Of a DNA stretch of 64,000 nt, positions 27,826 through 38,707 are shown piece by piece. A program made the translations under genes and the position numbers. The first letter of the stretch is position 1. Each line of letters starts with the position of its first letter. The notes under the pieces were generated by a model that saw nothing but the letters and a program-made list of their open reading frames with translations, did not search any database and was not told the origin of the DNA. This DNA comes from Candidatus Moraniibacteriota bacterium. Lineage in GTDB: Bacteria > Patescibacteriota > Minisyncoccia > Moranbacterales > UBA9337. The stretch is taken from the NCBI GenBank assembly GCA_026985555.1, contig JALSQF010000007.1, positions 1,099 through 65,098 of the forward strand. The letters run 5' to 3'.

Positions 27826-28437
27826 ATGTTTAAAAAAGGGGATTTTTCAAAAAATTCTGATATAATAAAAAATGTTTCAGAAACAGAACAATTTTCTGGT
27901 AGTCATATTGTTGGCAAAAAAGAAAAAAGTGAAAATAATCAGGATAATCCAGAAGAGCATACTTTTCAGCAAAGAATGCAAGAGTTAGAAATTAAAAAAC
28001 AGGAACTAAGAAAATTTTTTGGCAAAGAAATTAATTTGGGGAACGCAGAACAGGAATTAAATTTATGGAAAGGAGAACAGCGAGATATAAAACAAGAAAA
28101 AGATAAAGAAAAAAATGGTTTTAAAAAAGTAATTTTAAAAGAAAGAAGTCAGAATAATGAAATGGAAAATGAATTTCAAGCAGTAAAAAAAAGTCTTGTT
28201 TTATTAAGAAAAAAAATAGCTATGAGTTTAGAAAAATGGAAGAATTTAGAAAATAAAAAAGTTACAGATCAAGTAAATTTGATTTATTGGAAAGATGTTT
28301 TTCAAGATATTCTACAAGAGGGTGAAGTAGAACCATTAAAAAATGAAACAGTTAATATGTGGACAAGAAGAATAGTGAAACTAGCTTTTAAAGAAGGTAA
28401 AATTAGCCAATTAGTGCAAAAATTAGAAAATTTATAA
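27826..28437 (+). CDS. Hypothetical charged helical protein
   Basis: ORF in tightly packed run; likely ATG at 27826. Confidence 0.7.
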   Translation: MFKKGDFSKNSDIIKNVSETEQFSGSHIVGKKEKSENNQDNPEEHTFQQRMQELEIKKQELRKFFGKEINLGNAEQELNLWKGEQRDIKQEKDKEKNGFKKVILKERSQNNEMENEFQAVKKSLVLLRKKIAMSLEKWKNLENKKVTDQVNLIYWKDVFQDILQEGEVEPLKNETVNMWTRRIVKLAFKEGKISQLVQKLENL

Positions 28438-28456
28438 ATTTAATAATAAAAAAAAT

Positions 28457-28897
28457 ATGTGGAATCAAAATCAAAATAATCAAAAACAAGAGAATTCACA
28501 AGAAAAAAAAGTTAATCTAGATAAATTAAAAAAAGATATTCAGTTTTCTCAAAAAAAAGAACAAGAAAATAGTCAAGAAAAAAGTGAACGAATTTCATCT
28601 TTAGAAAAAAAAGAGAATATTTATGATAAAATTTTAAGAAGCGTCAAAAAACAAGTAGAGGAAGATACTTCTCCTCAAGAAATAAAAAAAGATGCAGAAG
28701 AAATAGCAGATGAGAAAAGTGCGGAAGATCAGGTTAAAATGTTAGTAAAATTAGCTCAACACAGAGGGGTAGTGCATGCAGTAAAAGTAGCTCAACATAT
28801 GGAAAATTATTATATTTTGGATAGACTTCATGACGAAATGAGTTTAGGAGAAAGGATGTATCAATCTTTAGAAAAGGAAAATTTGATTAAAGAATAA
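28457..28897 (+). CDS. Hypothetical protein upstream of VirD4-like ATPase
   Basis: 146-aa ORF; C-terminal GVVHAVKVA...YILDRLHD. Confidence 0.8.
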   Translation: MWNQNQNNQKQENSQEKKVNLDKLKKDIQFSQKKEQENSQEKSERISSLEKKENIYDKILRSVKKQVEEDTSPQEIKKDAEEIADEKSAEDQVKMLVKLAQHRGVVHAVKVAQHMENYYILDRLHDEMSLGERMYQSLEKENLIKE

Positions 28898-28903
28898 AAA
28901 TTT

Positions 28904-31393
28904 ATGAATTTAGATTTACTTTTAATTAGTATTATTATTGTTTCTGCTGTAATTTCTTTGCTAAGCGGTCTTTGGTTATTGATAAAAAGTTTTCTTACTT
29001 TTCGGGCGCAAATTAATTATTCTATCAATATGGATTTAGAAATAGTGAGAGTTTCTTTGCCTACTGATGATAATCAGGAACATTCTCTTAATAATCAAGA
29101 ACGACCTGCTTGGAAAAATGAAATAAAATTAATGGAACAATGGTTGGGTACCTTATCAGCATTAAGAGTAAAAAAAACTTGGAAAGAATGGTTTTATGGT
29201 GATCCTTATATTGCTTTAGAAATAACTAATCCTTCCGATGACGAAGAAATTAGTTTTTATTTATCTGTGCCAAAAAAATTTAGAGAAAGAATAGAAAAAC
29301 AAATTCATAGTTTTTTCCCCGAGGCTAAGCTAGAAGGTGTTTCTGATTATACAATTTTTACACCTAATAGTTATACAGCCATAGCTTTTGTTAAATTAAA
29401 AGAAGAACCATTCCTTCCACTTAAAACTTATGAAACAATGGATGCAGATCCCTTAAATGAAATTTCTAATGCTATTAGTAAACTAAACACTATAGAAGAA
29501 GGAGCTACCTTACAATTAGTTCTTGGTCCAGCGCCTAAAGAATGGCGAAGAAATGGTTTAAAAATAGCTCATGAAATGCAACAAGGAAAACAATTAAAAA
29601 AAGTTTACCATTCTTCTTGGTTAGGAAAAGCATTCAAGGAGATAGGAAAAGGGATTTTAACCGTTCTTTTTTATAAAACTAAAACGGATGCTAATATTAG
29701 CAACACAAAGGATAAAGATGAACCGATACAATTAACTCCAGAAGAACAAGAATTAATTAAAACAATAGAAACAAAAGCAAAAAAACCAGCTTTTCAAGTT
29801 AATATTAGAATTATATCTTCAGCTAGTACACCTGAGAGAGCAGAAGAGATTTTAGCGCAGATGGAAAATTCTTTAGCTCAATTTGAAAATCCGGAAGTGA
29901 ATAATTTCGTAATAACGGAAAGAAAAAAAGATAAAAAAATGGTCTTTAATTATATCTTCCGTAATTTTAATCCAGAAAAAGCTATAATTTTAGGAGTAGA
30001 AGAAATTGCTAGTCTTTTTCATTTTCCTACTTCTCTTACTAAAACACCTAAAATTAAATGGCTAAAATCTGGAACAGCTCCTCCGCCTGTACATATTCCT
30101 CAAAAAGGCATTTTATTAGGATTTAATGACTATAGAGGAGTTAAAACAGAAATTCGTTTAGCTGATAATGACAGAAGAAGACATTTATATACTATTGGAC
30201 AAACGGGAACAGGAAAATCTACTTTTTTAACTGAAATGGCTAAACAAGATGTTAAAAATGGAAAAGGGATTTGCGTTGTTGATCCTCATGGTGATTTAGT
30301 AGAGGATATTTTAACTGCTATTCCTAAAGAAAGAGCAGAGGATGTTATATATTTTAATCCGGCTGATACAGAAAGACCTTTGGGTTTAAATATGTTAGAA
30401 TATGAAAAACCAGAGGAAAAAAGTTTTGTAGTAAATGAAATGATTAGTATTTTTGATAGACTTTATGATTTAAAACAAACTGGAGGACCGATGTTTGAAC
30501 AATACGCGCGAAATGCTATGTTGTTAATAATGGAACATCCAGAATCCGGATCTACTTTAATGGAAATTTCTAAAGTCTTAGCCAATGAAGATTTTAGAAA
30601 AATGAAGTTAGATCATTGTAAAAATCAAGTGGTAAAAGATTTTTGGATTAAGGAAGCTGAAAAGGCAGGAGGAGAAGCGGCTTTGGCTAATATCGTTCCT
30701 TATGTAACTTCTAAATTAAATACTTTTGTAACTAATGATATAATGCGTCCTATTATTGCTCAGCAAAAAAGTAGTTTGGATTTTAGAGAAATTATGGATA
30801 GTGGAAAAATATTATTAGTTAATCTTTCTAAGGGAAAACTGGGAGAAATTAATAGTCATCTATTAGGTATGGTGGTAGTGGGAAAAATTTTGATGGCAGC
30901 TCTTAGTAGAGTAGATTTACCAGAAAAGAAAAGAAAAGATTTTTATCTTTATATTGATGAATTTCAAAATGTGACTACTGATTCTATCGCTCAAATTTTA
31001 TCTGAAGCGCGAAAGTATCATCTTAATTTAATTATCGCGCATCAATTTATCGGACAATTAAGTGAAGAAATATCTAAAGCTGTTTTTGGTAATGTAGGTT
31101 CTCTTTGCGCTTTTAGAGTTGGACCAGAAGATGCTGAATTTTTAGAAAAACAATTTGAACCGATTTTTCATCGCAATGATTTAATTAATATAAACAATTA
31201 TAGTTGTTATACTAAATTATTGCTAAACGGAGAAACTAGTCGTCCTTTTGATATGAAAACTTATCCACCCTCTGAAGGTGATCAAGAGTTAGCTAACAAT
31301 ATAAAAGAACTTTCTCGTTTAAAATATGGAAGGGATAAAAAGATAATAGAAGAGGAAATTAATAGTAGAAATGTAAATTTGAGTAAATTTTAA
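28904..31393 (+). CDS. VirD4/TraD(TraG)-like type IV secretion coupling ATPase (FtsK/HerA clan)
   Basis: N-terminal TM; DRRRHLYTIGQTGTGKS, VDPHGD, LYIDEFQ, SEARKY, IAHQ. Confidence 0.88.
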   Translation: MNLDLLLISIIIVSAVISLLSGLWLLIKSFLTFRAQINYSINMDLEIVRVSLPTDDNQEHSLNNQERPAWKNEIKLMEQWLGTLSALRVKKTWKEWFYGDPYIALEITNPSDDEEISFYLSVPKKFRERIEKQIHSFFPEAKLEGVSDYTIFTPNSYTAIAFVKLKEEPFLPLKTYETMDADPLNEISNAISKLNTIEEGATLQLVLGPAPKEWRRNGLKIAHEMQQGKQLKKVYHSSWLGKAFKEIGKGILTVLFYKTKTDANISNTKDKDEPIQLTPEEQELIKTIETKAKKPAFQVNIRIISSASTPERAEEILAQMENSLAQFENPEVNNFVITERKKDKKMVFNYIFRNFNPEKAIILGVEEIASLFHFPTSLTKTPKIKWLKSGTAPPPVHIPQKGILLGFNDYRGVKTEIRLADNDRRRHLYTIGQTGTGKSTFLTEMAKQDVKNGKGICVVDPHGDLVEDILTAIPKERAEDVIYFNPADTERPLGLNMLEYEKPEEKSFVVNEMISIFDRLYDLKQTGGPMFEQYARNAMLLIMEHPESGSTLMEISKVLANEDFRKMKLDHCKNQVVKDFWIKEAEKAGGEAALANIVPYVTSKLNTFVTNDIMRPIIAQQKSSLDFREIMDSGKILLVNLSKGKLGEINSHLLGMVVVGKILMAALSRVDLPEKKRKDFYLYIDEFQNVTTDSIAQILSEARKYHLNLIIAHQFIGQLSEEISKAVFGNVGSLCAFRVGPEDAEFLEKQFEPIFHRNDLININNYSCYTKLLLNGETSRPFDMKTYPPSEGDQELANNIKELSRLKYGRDKKIIEEEINSRNVNLSKF

Positions 31394-31402
31394 TTTATAG
31401 TT

Positions 31403-33940
31403 TTATTTAGATAATAATTTAAATTCTACAGTATTTGTTTTTCTGTTAAGATTAATTTTAATATGAGTTATTAGATTAGTTGGGTTTTGAATAGTTTTAT
31501 TCTCAAGTAATTCTTTGGCTAAAGGAATTTCAATATATTTTTGAATATTTTTACGCACAAGACGAGCACCTTCTTGATCATCAATACTTTTTTCAGTTAT
31601 CCATTTAATAAGATTAGAATCAAAACTTATATTAATTTTTTGATAAGCAAGATTTTTTTCTAGCTCCTTTAAGTGTAAGCGGACTATTTTATTAAGGTTA
31701 GATGAACTGAGTTTTTGAAAAACAAGAATATCATCTAAACGGTTAAGTAATTCAGGACGAAATTGTTTTCTTAATTTTTTTAAAATATCCTTTTTAATTT
31801 CTTCAATTTCTTTTTTTTGTGTTCCTTTTTTTGAATATTTAGAAAATCCAATGGAGTTAATTTGATTAAAATTCTCAGTTCCTAAATTAGAAGTTAGAAT
31901 AATTATAGTATTTTTAAAATCTATTTTGTGTCCACTAGCATCAGTTAGGAAGCCTCCATCTAGTATTTGCAACAAGATGTTACTTATATCAGAGTGAGCT
32001 TTTTCAATTTCGTCAAAAAGAATAAGACTATAAGGTTGACGTTTTATTTTTTCGGTTAATTGTCCGCCTTCTTCATATCCAATATAACCGGCGGGAGCTC
32101 CAATTAAACGTGAGATATTATGACGCTCCATAAACTCGCTCATATCAATACGAATTAAGGATTGAGGAGAATTGAAAAAATAATTGGCTAGACTTTGCGC
32201 TAAAAAAGTTTTTCCAACCCCAGTTGGTCCCACAAAAAGAAAAGAAGCTAGTGGTTTAGGTAAATTAGATATTCCGCTTTGCGAATAATAAAGAGTATCG
32301 GTAATTTTTTCTATAATTTTCTTTTGTCCAATAACAATTTGATTTAATTTTGAAGGGAGTTTTTTTAATTTATCAGACTGAGAAGAAAGAATTTTTTCAA
32401 GAGAGATTCCTGTATTATCAGCAATAGTTTGTGCAACATGTAACAATTCTAGATTTGCTTCTTTTTCTTTTTTATTTTTTAATGTTTTTTTAATTCTTTT
32501 AATTTTATTTAATAATTGCTTTTCTTCTTTTTCTTTTTTAATAGCCTCAGTATAACGTTCTTCTAAAATTAAATATTCCTTTTGTTTAGTTAACTGTTTG
32601 CGATATTGTTTTAATTGGATAATTCTTTTTTCTTGAGTGTCATTCTGCTGATTATGTAAATAAGCAGAACTTTCATCTAAAACGTCAATAGCTTTATCAG
32701 GAAAAAAACGTTCTGGCAAATAACGTTGAGTTAATTGAATAATTTTTTCTAAAATATGATCGGAAATGTTTATGGAATGATATTTTTCAAAATCTTTTCT
32801 AATTCCTTTTAAAATAGTGAGTGTTTCCTGAAAAGAAGGTTCAGTGACTTGAATAGTTTGGAAGCGTCTTTCTAAGGCAGCATCTTTTTCAATGTATTTT
32901 TTATATTCATCAAAAGTGGTGGCGCCAATACATTGTATTTCTCCACGGGATAAAGCAGGTTTTAAAATATTAGCTGCATCTAGAGATCCATTAACATTCC
33001 CTGTTCCCACTAGAGAATGAATTTCATCTATAAAAAGGATTATATTTTTATCATGTTTTACCTCTTTTATGATTTCCTTAAGTCGGTTTTCAAATTCTCC
33101 TCTAAAAGTTGTTCCTGCCACGACAGCTGTTAAATCAAGGTTGATAATTTTTTTATTAAGAAGATTATAAGGAACGTTTCCTTTTTTTATTTCTAAAGCT
33201 AATTTTTCTACAAGAGCTGTTTTACCTACTCCTGGATCACCAATTAAAAGTGGATTGTTTTTTATTTTTCTACTAAGAATATTTATTATTTTATTAATTT
33301 CTTTTTTTCTTCCTATGATAGAATGAGATTTGTAAAAATTTTGTTTATTAAGAATTGTGCCAAATTCTTTTAAATAGCCGCTTTCTTTTTCATATTCAGA
33401 GGATTTTAAATTAGAACGAAAAGGTAAATTAAATAATTTGGCTAACTGATCAGGTGTTATTTTCATTTGAGAAAAAGTGGTATCAGATGTTTCTATAGTT
33501 CTAAGTGGCTTATCAAAAGTATCAATTATTTTTTTAACAGAAGGTAGTGGATTTTCTATTAGGGTATAAATTAAGTGTTCCGTTCCTACATAAGAAAAAC
33601 CAGCTGTTCCCGCAATGGAAAAAGCTCTTATAAGAATATTTTTTAATTCTTGAGAGAAATTGTTTAAAGTGGTGTTATTCAGTTTACTAGAAAAAAGATG
33701 CTTAATTTTTTGAGATTCAATAGTAGTTTTAAACTGTTGTAAAATCTTTTTATTTTCAATACTTTGCGCTCCCATTTGAATTAAAATATTTCTTCCAGCA
33801 CTTCCTTTTTGTGATAAAATAGCCAAAAGTAAATGATCAGGATTAACTTTTTTAAAGCCATAATAACGAGATATTTCAATCGCTTTTAAAAGACTTTCTT
33901 TAGCATTGTGAGTTAATTTTTGCAATATTTTATCGTTCAT
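31403..33940 (-). CDS. clpC: ATP-dependent Clp protease ATP-binding subunit (ClpC-like)
   Basis: Clp_N repeats, [39 protein letters not shown] loop, GAR. Confidence 0.9.
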   Translation of the reverse strand: MNDKILQKLTHNAKESLLKAIEISRYYGFKKVNPDHLLLAILSQKGSAGRNILIQMGAQSIENKKILQQFKTTIESQKIKHLFSSKLNNTTLNNFSQELKNILIRAFSIAGTAGFSYVGTEHLIYTLIENPLPSVKKIIDTFDKPLRTIETSDTTFSQMKITPDQLAKLFNLPFRSNLKSSEYEKESGYLKEFGTILNKQNFYKSHSIIGRKKEINKIINILSRKIKNNPLLIGDPGVGKTALVEKLALEIKKGNVPYNLLNKKIINLDLTAVVAGTTFRGEFENRLKEIIKEVKHDKNIILFIDEIHSLVGTGNVNGSLDAANILKPALSRGEIQCIGATTFDEYKKYIEKDAALERRFQTIQVTEPSFQETLTILKGIRKDFEKYHSINISDHILEKIIQLTQRYLPERFFPDKAIDVLDESSAYLHNQQNDTQEKRIIQLKQYRKQLTKQKEYLILEERYTEAIKKEKEEKQLLNKIKRIKKTLKNKKEKEANLELLHVAQTIADNTGISLEKILSSQSDKLKKLPSKLNQIVIGQKKIIEKITDTLYYSQSGISNLPKPLASFLFVGPTGVGKTFLAQSLANYFFNSPQSLIRIDMSEFMERHNISRLIGAPAGYIGYEEGGQLTEKIKRQPYSLILFDEIEKAHSDISNILLQILDGGFLTDASGHKIDFKNTIIILTSNLGTENFNQINSIGFSKYSKKGTQKKEIEEIKKDILKKLRKQFRPELLNRLDDILVFQKLSSSNLNKIVRLHLKELEKNLAYQKINISFDSNLIKWITEKSIDDQEGARLVRKNIQKYIEIPLAKELLENKTIQNPTNLITHIKINLNRKTNTVEFKLLSK

Positions 33941-34085
33941 GTTACAATAGTTAAAAATTGTTAATTTTTTAATGTTGTTGTATAATTTAAGTATACTTTA
34001 TTAATTTTAGAATGTATTGATATTATTAAGTCTTTCTTAATAAAAGTCAAATCTTTTAAATATTAAGCGGATTAAAATAAAAATA

Positions 34086-35243
34086 ATGTGGAACTTGTTT
34101 AAAGCTAAATCAAATGTTTTTTTAGGAGTAGATTTTGGAACTTCTTCTATTAAAGTTGTGGAGTTATTGTATGATAATGATAGAACTCATTTGAAAAATT
34201 ATGGTTGGATTGATTTTAAAAAACAACCGAAAAAAGATGATGCTAATAATTTAAATATTGTTTTAGATACGACAGAGAAAAATAACAGACAAATGAATTT
34301 AAAAAATAGTTTAGCTGTTTTGTTATCTGCTATGAAACCAGAATCACATTCTGTTTATGCAGCTATGCCAGGTATAAGTGGACTTGTGGCCTTAATAGAT
34401 TTTCCTCAAATGGATAAAAAAGAATTAGATAAAGCTATTCAATACGAAGCTCATAAATATATTCCTGTTCCGTTAGATGAAGTTTATTTAAGTTGGGATG
34501 TAGTTTCCAGAATTAAAGATGAAGAAACAGGACTGTTGTCTTTATATAACCAAAAAAATGAAAGAAAGGATACTAAAAAAAACAAAAATAAAAAAGCTAT
34601 GCAAGTTTTGTTAGTAGCAGCACCTAAAGATGAAGTAGAAAATTATGAGAATCTAATTACATCCTTAAATTTTAAAATGACATCCTTAGAATTATCTATG
34701 TTTGCGAGTGCGCGATCTTTAGTGGGGGACGACTTGGGCGGTTATCTCATAATTGATATAGGAGCGGATACAACAGATATTATTTTAGTAGATAGAGGAG
34801 TAATTAAAATTAATAGAATTATAGATGTAGGAGGAAATGAAGTTACTAAGGCTGTAGCTTCTAGTATGAATATATCTTGGCAAAGAGCAGAATCTTTTAA
34901 AAGACAAAAAAGAGGAATAATTTTTAGTCAAAATAGTCAATTGATTATACCTGCATTAGATTTAATTTCTGGAGAAGCAATCAGAACTATAGAGAATTAT
35001 CGTCACAAAAGTTTAACGGATGTTAGGATAGATAAAATTATTTTATCAGGAGGAGGTTCTCGTTTAAGTGGCATAGATAAATATTTTTCTCAAGCATTAA
35101 ATATATCAACTGAAATAGGAAATCCATGGAAAGGAATTGTGATAGATAAAAATATAGAAAAAAAAGTTAAAAACTATGGGACATCTCTGGCAGTGGCTAT
35201 TGGTCTAGCTGAAAAAGGAATAAAAGATTTTCAACGAAATTAG
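34086..35243 (+). CDS. pilM: Type IV pilus assembly protein PilM
   Basis: LGVDFGTSSIKVVEL, IIDIGA, ILSGGGS, AVAIGLA (actin-like ATPase fold). Confidence 0.92.
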   Translation: MWNLFKAKSNVFLGVDFGTSSIKVVELLYDNDRTHLKNYGWIDFKKQPKKDDANNLNIVLDTTEKNNRQMNLKNSLAVLLSAMKPESHSVYAAMPGISGLVALIDFPQMDKKELDKAIQYEAHKYIPVPLDEVYLSWDVVSRIKDEETGLLSLYNQKNERKDTKKNKNKKAMQVLLVAAPKDEVENYENLITSLNFKMTSLELSMFASARSLVGDDLGGYLIIDIGADTTDIILVDRGVIKINRIIDVGGNEVTKAVASSMNISWQRAESFKRQKRGIIFSQNSQLIIPALDLISGEAIRTIENYRHKSLTDVRIDKIILSGGGSRLSGIDKYFSQALNISTEIGNPWKGIVIDKNIEKKVKNYGTSLAVAIGLAEKGIKDFQRN

Positions 35244-35260
35244 AATATTTTAAAAGTTGT

Positions 35261-35288
35261 TTGACAAAGTTTAATTTTAGGTTAAAAT
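35261..35288 (+). promoter_or_regulatory. Internal promoter upstream of pilN
   Basis: TTGACA-16-TAAAAT. Confidence 0.5.
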
Positions 35289-35399
35289 TAAAATAATAAG
35301 ATAATTATTTTAATTTTTTTATTATTTAATAAAAATAAAAATAAAAAATAATTTTTTGATTTTTTTAGTAGTTTTACTAAAAAAAATTAAAACAAAAAA

Positions 35400-35939
35400 A
35401 TGGTTAATATTGACTTTCATGAACAAGTAGAACAACAAAATGAAGAAAACAAAGGGGCCGTTTCATTTTTAACGGGATGGCAGATATCTGTTCTTCTTCT
35501 TCTGGTAGTTTTTACTATTTATGGAGTAAGTTACTATTATAAAAAAATAGTAAAAAATCAAGTGAAAAAAGTAGAATTAGCTATTCAAAAAGAAAAACAA
35601 ACTGTTAATAAAGATGATATTAAAACGGTAGTTAATTTTGTGAAAAGAAAAAATGTAATTGAAAAAGTTAATTCTCAAGAAAACTCTGAAGCTTTAGCTA
35701 AACTTTTAATGCTGGAGAAAAATATTAATCAAGGAATTTATCTAACATCTTATAATTATTCTAAAAATCAGTCAGTAATTGAAATAAAAGGGATAGGAGC
35801 TAATTATCATACCGTTGCTCAGCAAGTATATAATTTTAAAAATGATAGTCAAAATGTTCGTTTTGTAAAAATACATACAGTAAATAAAAATGAAGATGGT
35901 GGAGTTGATTTTGGTTTAACAATTGGTCTTAAAAACTAA
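35400..35939 (+). CDS. pilN: PilN-like pilus alignment protein
   Basis: TM + coiled coil + ferredoxin-like C-terminus, positioned between pilM and pilO. Confidence 0.7.
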   Translation: MVNIDFHEQVEQQNEENKGAVSFLTGWQISVLLLLVVFTIYGVSYYYKKIVKNQVKKVELAIQKEKQTVNKDDIKTVVNFVKRKNVIEKVNSQENSEALAKLLMLEKNINQGIYLTSYNYSKNQSVIEIKGIGANYHTVAQQVYNFKNDSQNVRFVKIHTVNKNEDGGVDFGLTIGLKN

Positions 35940-35969
35940 ATATTTTTTAATTAATATAAAAACAAATAA

Positions 35970-36004
35970 TTTCTTTTTTGTAATCTTAGATTACAAAAAA
36001 GAAA
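35970..36004. repeat. Near-perfect palindrome between pilN and pilO
   Basis: TTTCTTTTTTGTAATCT-t-AGATTACAAAAAAGAAA (17-bp arms). Confidence 0.85.
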
Positions 36005-36013
36005 AATAAAAAT

Positions 36014-36841
36014 ATGAGACTAAAGTTATTCTTCTTTCCTACAGCATTACTTATTACAGTTGTTATGTTTATTTGGTATATTTATCCTTTGTGGCAGGGA
36101 AAGGGAGGTATATCTGATCAGCACAAAAAACTAAAAGAAACAAAACAAACCTTAGAGACTTTTCGGGCTAAAAAAACTTCGTTGAATCAAGCAGTTGAGA
36201 TGCTAGATAATCACAATGATGACGTAAAATTTGCTTTTCAATTTATTCCTTTAAAAAGTAACGATTTGTTTATTTTAAATTCCTTAAGTCAAATAGCTGA
36301 TCAATCGGGATTGATTTTAAATTCAATTAATGTGAGCGAAGAAAAAAAGAGTAATAAAAAAGAGCAAAGCGAAAAAAATAAAACAGTAGATGTGCTTAAT
36401 GATATGAATTGGAGAAGTGCAGTTGCTTCTGTTAATGTAATAGGAAGTTATGAACAAGTTAAAAGTTTTTTAACTAGTCTTTATCATCTTGATAGGTATA
36501 ATCAAATAGATTCTTTGGATATAGAAACTAATAATAAATCAGAAAATGCAAACGAAAATGAAAATCAAGCCAATTTGTTAACATTTAATGCTAAAATTAA
36601 TTTCAGATATCTTCCAGATGCATTAATACCAGTTGAAGGGGAAGAAAAATTTTTAGATAATTTTCAGTTTTCTGAAAATTATTTTAATTTTTTAGCTATC
36701 AATAGTTTAAAAGAAAAAAATAATATTCAATCACAGGGAGGTGGTTTAGAAGAGGGTATTACTGGTCAAATAACCAATCCATTCACTCCTTTTTCTTCTA
36801 ATACTGTTAATGTCGCTAGTGCTAATAATACTTCTAATTAA
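36014..36841 (+). CDS. pilO: PilO-like pilus alignment protein
   Basis: TM, coiled coil, GSYEQVKSFL..L..LDR motif. Confidence 0.8.
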   Translation: MRLKLFFFPTALLITVVMFIWYIYPLWQGKGGISDQHKKLKETKQTLETFRAKKTSLNQAVEMLDNHNDDVKFAFQFIPLKSNDLFILNSLSQIADQSGLILNSINVSEEKKSNKKEQSEKNKTVDVLNDMNWRSAVASVNVIGSYEQVKSFLTSLYHLDRYNQIDSLDIETNNKSENANENENQANLLTFNAKINFRYLPDALIPVEGEEKFLDNFQFSENYFNFLAINSLKEKNNIQSQGGGLEEGITGQITNPFTPFSSNTVNVASANNTSN

Positions 36842-36979
36842 TTTGAATTAGCTTAAGCTTGGAATGATATAAATATAAAAATTATACACATTTTACTGTA
36901 TTGCAGTTATTATATAATTATACTTATCTTTTGTGATTAAAAAAATAAAACTAAAAAACAAAAATAGAAAAAGAAATAG

Positions 36980-38674
36980 ATGGATAAAAATTCAAAAAAT
37001 AAAAAATCAAATCAAATTAAAAAAAACTTAGCGTTAAAAAAAGAAGCTGATGCAATGGGCATTTCTTTTTTAGAAGAAGCTCCCTCTAAAATTAAAAAAG
37101 AGGTACTTTATTTAATTAATCGTGAATTGGCTAGAAAATATAAGATGGTTGTTTTTGAAAAAAGAGGAAATTTGATTAAAGTAGCCATGAGTGATCCTCG
37201 TAATATTGAAGCTTTAAATATTTTACGTTTTTTAGCAGAAAAAAAGAAGTTAGAAATAGAAATTTATCTAACAGCAGAAAATACTATTCAAGAAATGATT
37301 GATCAGTATGAAACTACAGAAAAAGCCGTGGAAAATGTTTTAAGATCTTTTCAGCTGGAAAATGAGAAAAGAAAAAATAAGATTGAAGAGAAAAAAGGTG
37401 ATCTTGATGAATATAATGAAATGTTACAAGACGCGCCTGTTTCAAAATTAGTTAAAGTAATTGTTAGTCATGCTATAGAAGGACGAGCTAGTGATATTCA
37501 TATTGAACCTGTCGGGAAAGAATATAAAGTTCGTTTTAGAATTGATGGTATTTTGCATACTTCTTTAGTTTTACCAAGAGAAGTGGGGTTGGCAGTCATT
37601 TCAAGAGTAAAAATATTATCTAATTTAAAAATAGACGAAAAAAGAAAACCTCAGGATGGAAGATTTTCTATGGAATGGGAGGATGAACAAATTGATTTTC
37701 GTGTTTCTACTTTTCCGGTAGTGGAAGGTGAAAAGGTGGTAATGAGAGTTTTAGACAAAGAGGGTGTGTCTATTTCTGTAAAGCAGTTAGGCTTAATAGG
37801 AAGAAATAAAGAGATTTTAACTAATTTAGATGAAAGTAATGGAATTATTTTAATGACAGGTCCGACAGGGTCTGGAAAATCAACTACTCTTTATACTCTT
37901 TTGCAAATGATTGATAAGGAAGCAAAAAACATAGTAACCTTGGAAGATCCAGTGGAATATTCCATTGATGGTATTAATCAAAGTCAAATTAAACCAGAAA
38001 TAGGTTATACTTTTGCTACTGGATTGCGTTCTATCTTAAGACAAGATCCTGATGTTATTATGGTAGGAGAAATTAGGGATAATGAAACAGCAGAATTAGC
38101 TATTCATGCTGCTTTAACTGGACATTTGGTTTTCTCCACTTTGCATACTAATAATGCTATCGGGGCTGTTCCTCGTTTAATAGATATGGGACTAGAACCA
38201 TTTTTAATCACTTCTTCCTTAAGAGTAGTAGCAGCACAAAGATTAGTGAGAAGAGTTTGTAATAATTGCAAAATAAAAAAAGATATTGGACAAACTACTA
38301 AAGAAAGAATTAAAAATGAAATTAAAAATATTTCTACTAAAGAATTGAAAAAATATAAGATTAATGATAGAATGGTAGAGGATATGTTTTTTTATCAAGG
38401 AAAAGGTTGTGAAAAATGTAATGGTTCTGGTTATAAAGGAAGAATTGCTGTTTATGAGTGTGTAAGAATAGATAATAAAAAAATGGAAGAAAAAATTTTA
38501 GAAGGAGCCAATGAAAATGAATTAGAAAATATCGCTAGAAAACAAGGTTTTATTGATATGCGACAAGATGGAATTTTAAAAGCTTTATTAGGGCTGACTT
38601 CTTTATCGGAAATAGAGAGGGTAACTAAAGGGAGTATGACAGTTGGAGGAGATGTTGGTGATGATAGAGGGTAG
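36980..38674 (+). CDS. pilB: Type IV pilus assembly ATPase PilB/GspE
   Basis: ASDIHIEP, PQDGR, GPTGSGKS, TLEDPVE, LRQDPD, TLHTN, tetra-Cys motif. Confidence 0.94.
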   Translation: MDKNSKNKKSNQIKKNLALKKEADAMGISFLEEAPSKIKKEVLYLINRELARKYKMVVFEKRGNLIKVAMSDPRNIEALNILRFLAEKKKLEIEIYLTAENTIQEMIDQYETTEKAVENVLRSFQLENEKRKNKIEEKKGDLDEYNEMLQDAPVSKLVKVIVSHAIEGRASDIHIEPVGKEYKVRFRIDGILHTSLVLPREVGLAVISRVKILSNLKIDEKRKPQDGRFSMEWEDEQIDFRVSTFPVVEGEKVVMRVLDKEGVSISVKQLGLIGRNKEILTNLDESNGIILMTGPTGSGKSTTLYTLLQMIDKEAKNIVTLEDPVEYSIDGINQSQIKPEIGYTFATGLRSILRQDPDVIMVGEIRDNETAELAIHAALTGHLVFSTLHTNNAIGAVPRLIDMGLEPFLITSSLRVVAAQRLVRRVCNNCKIKKDIGQTTKERIKNEIKNISTKELKKYKINDRMVEDMFFYQGKGCEKCNGSGYKGRIAVYECVRIDNKKMEEKILEGANENELENIARKQGFIDMRQDGILKALLGLTSLSEIERVTKGSMTVGGDVGDDRG

Positions 38675-38707
38675 CTTAAAATATTTTTATTTTTTAGTAA
38701 TAAACAT

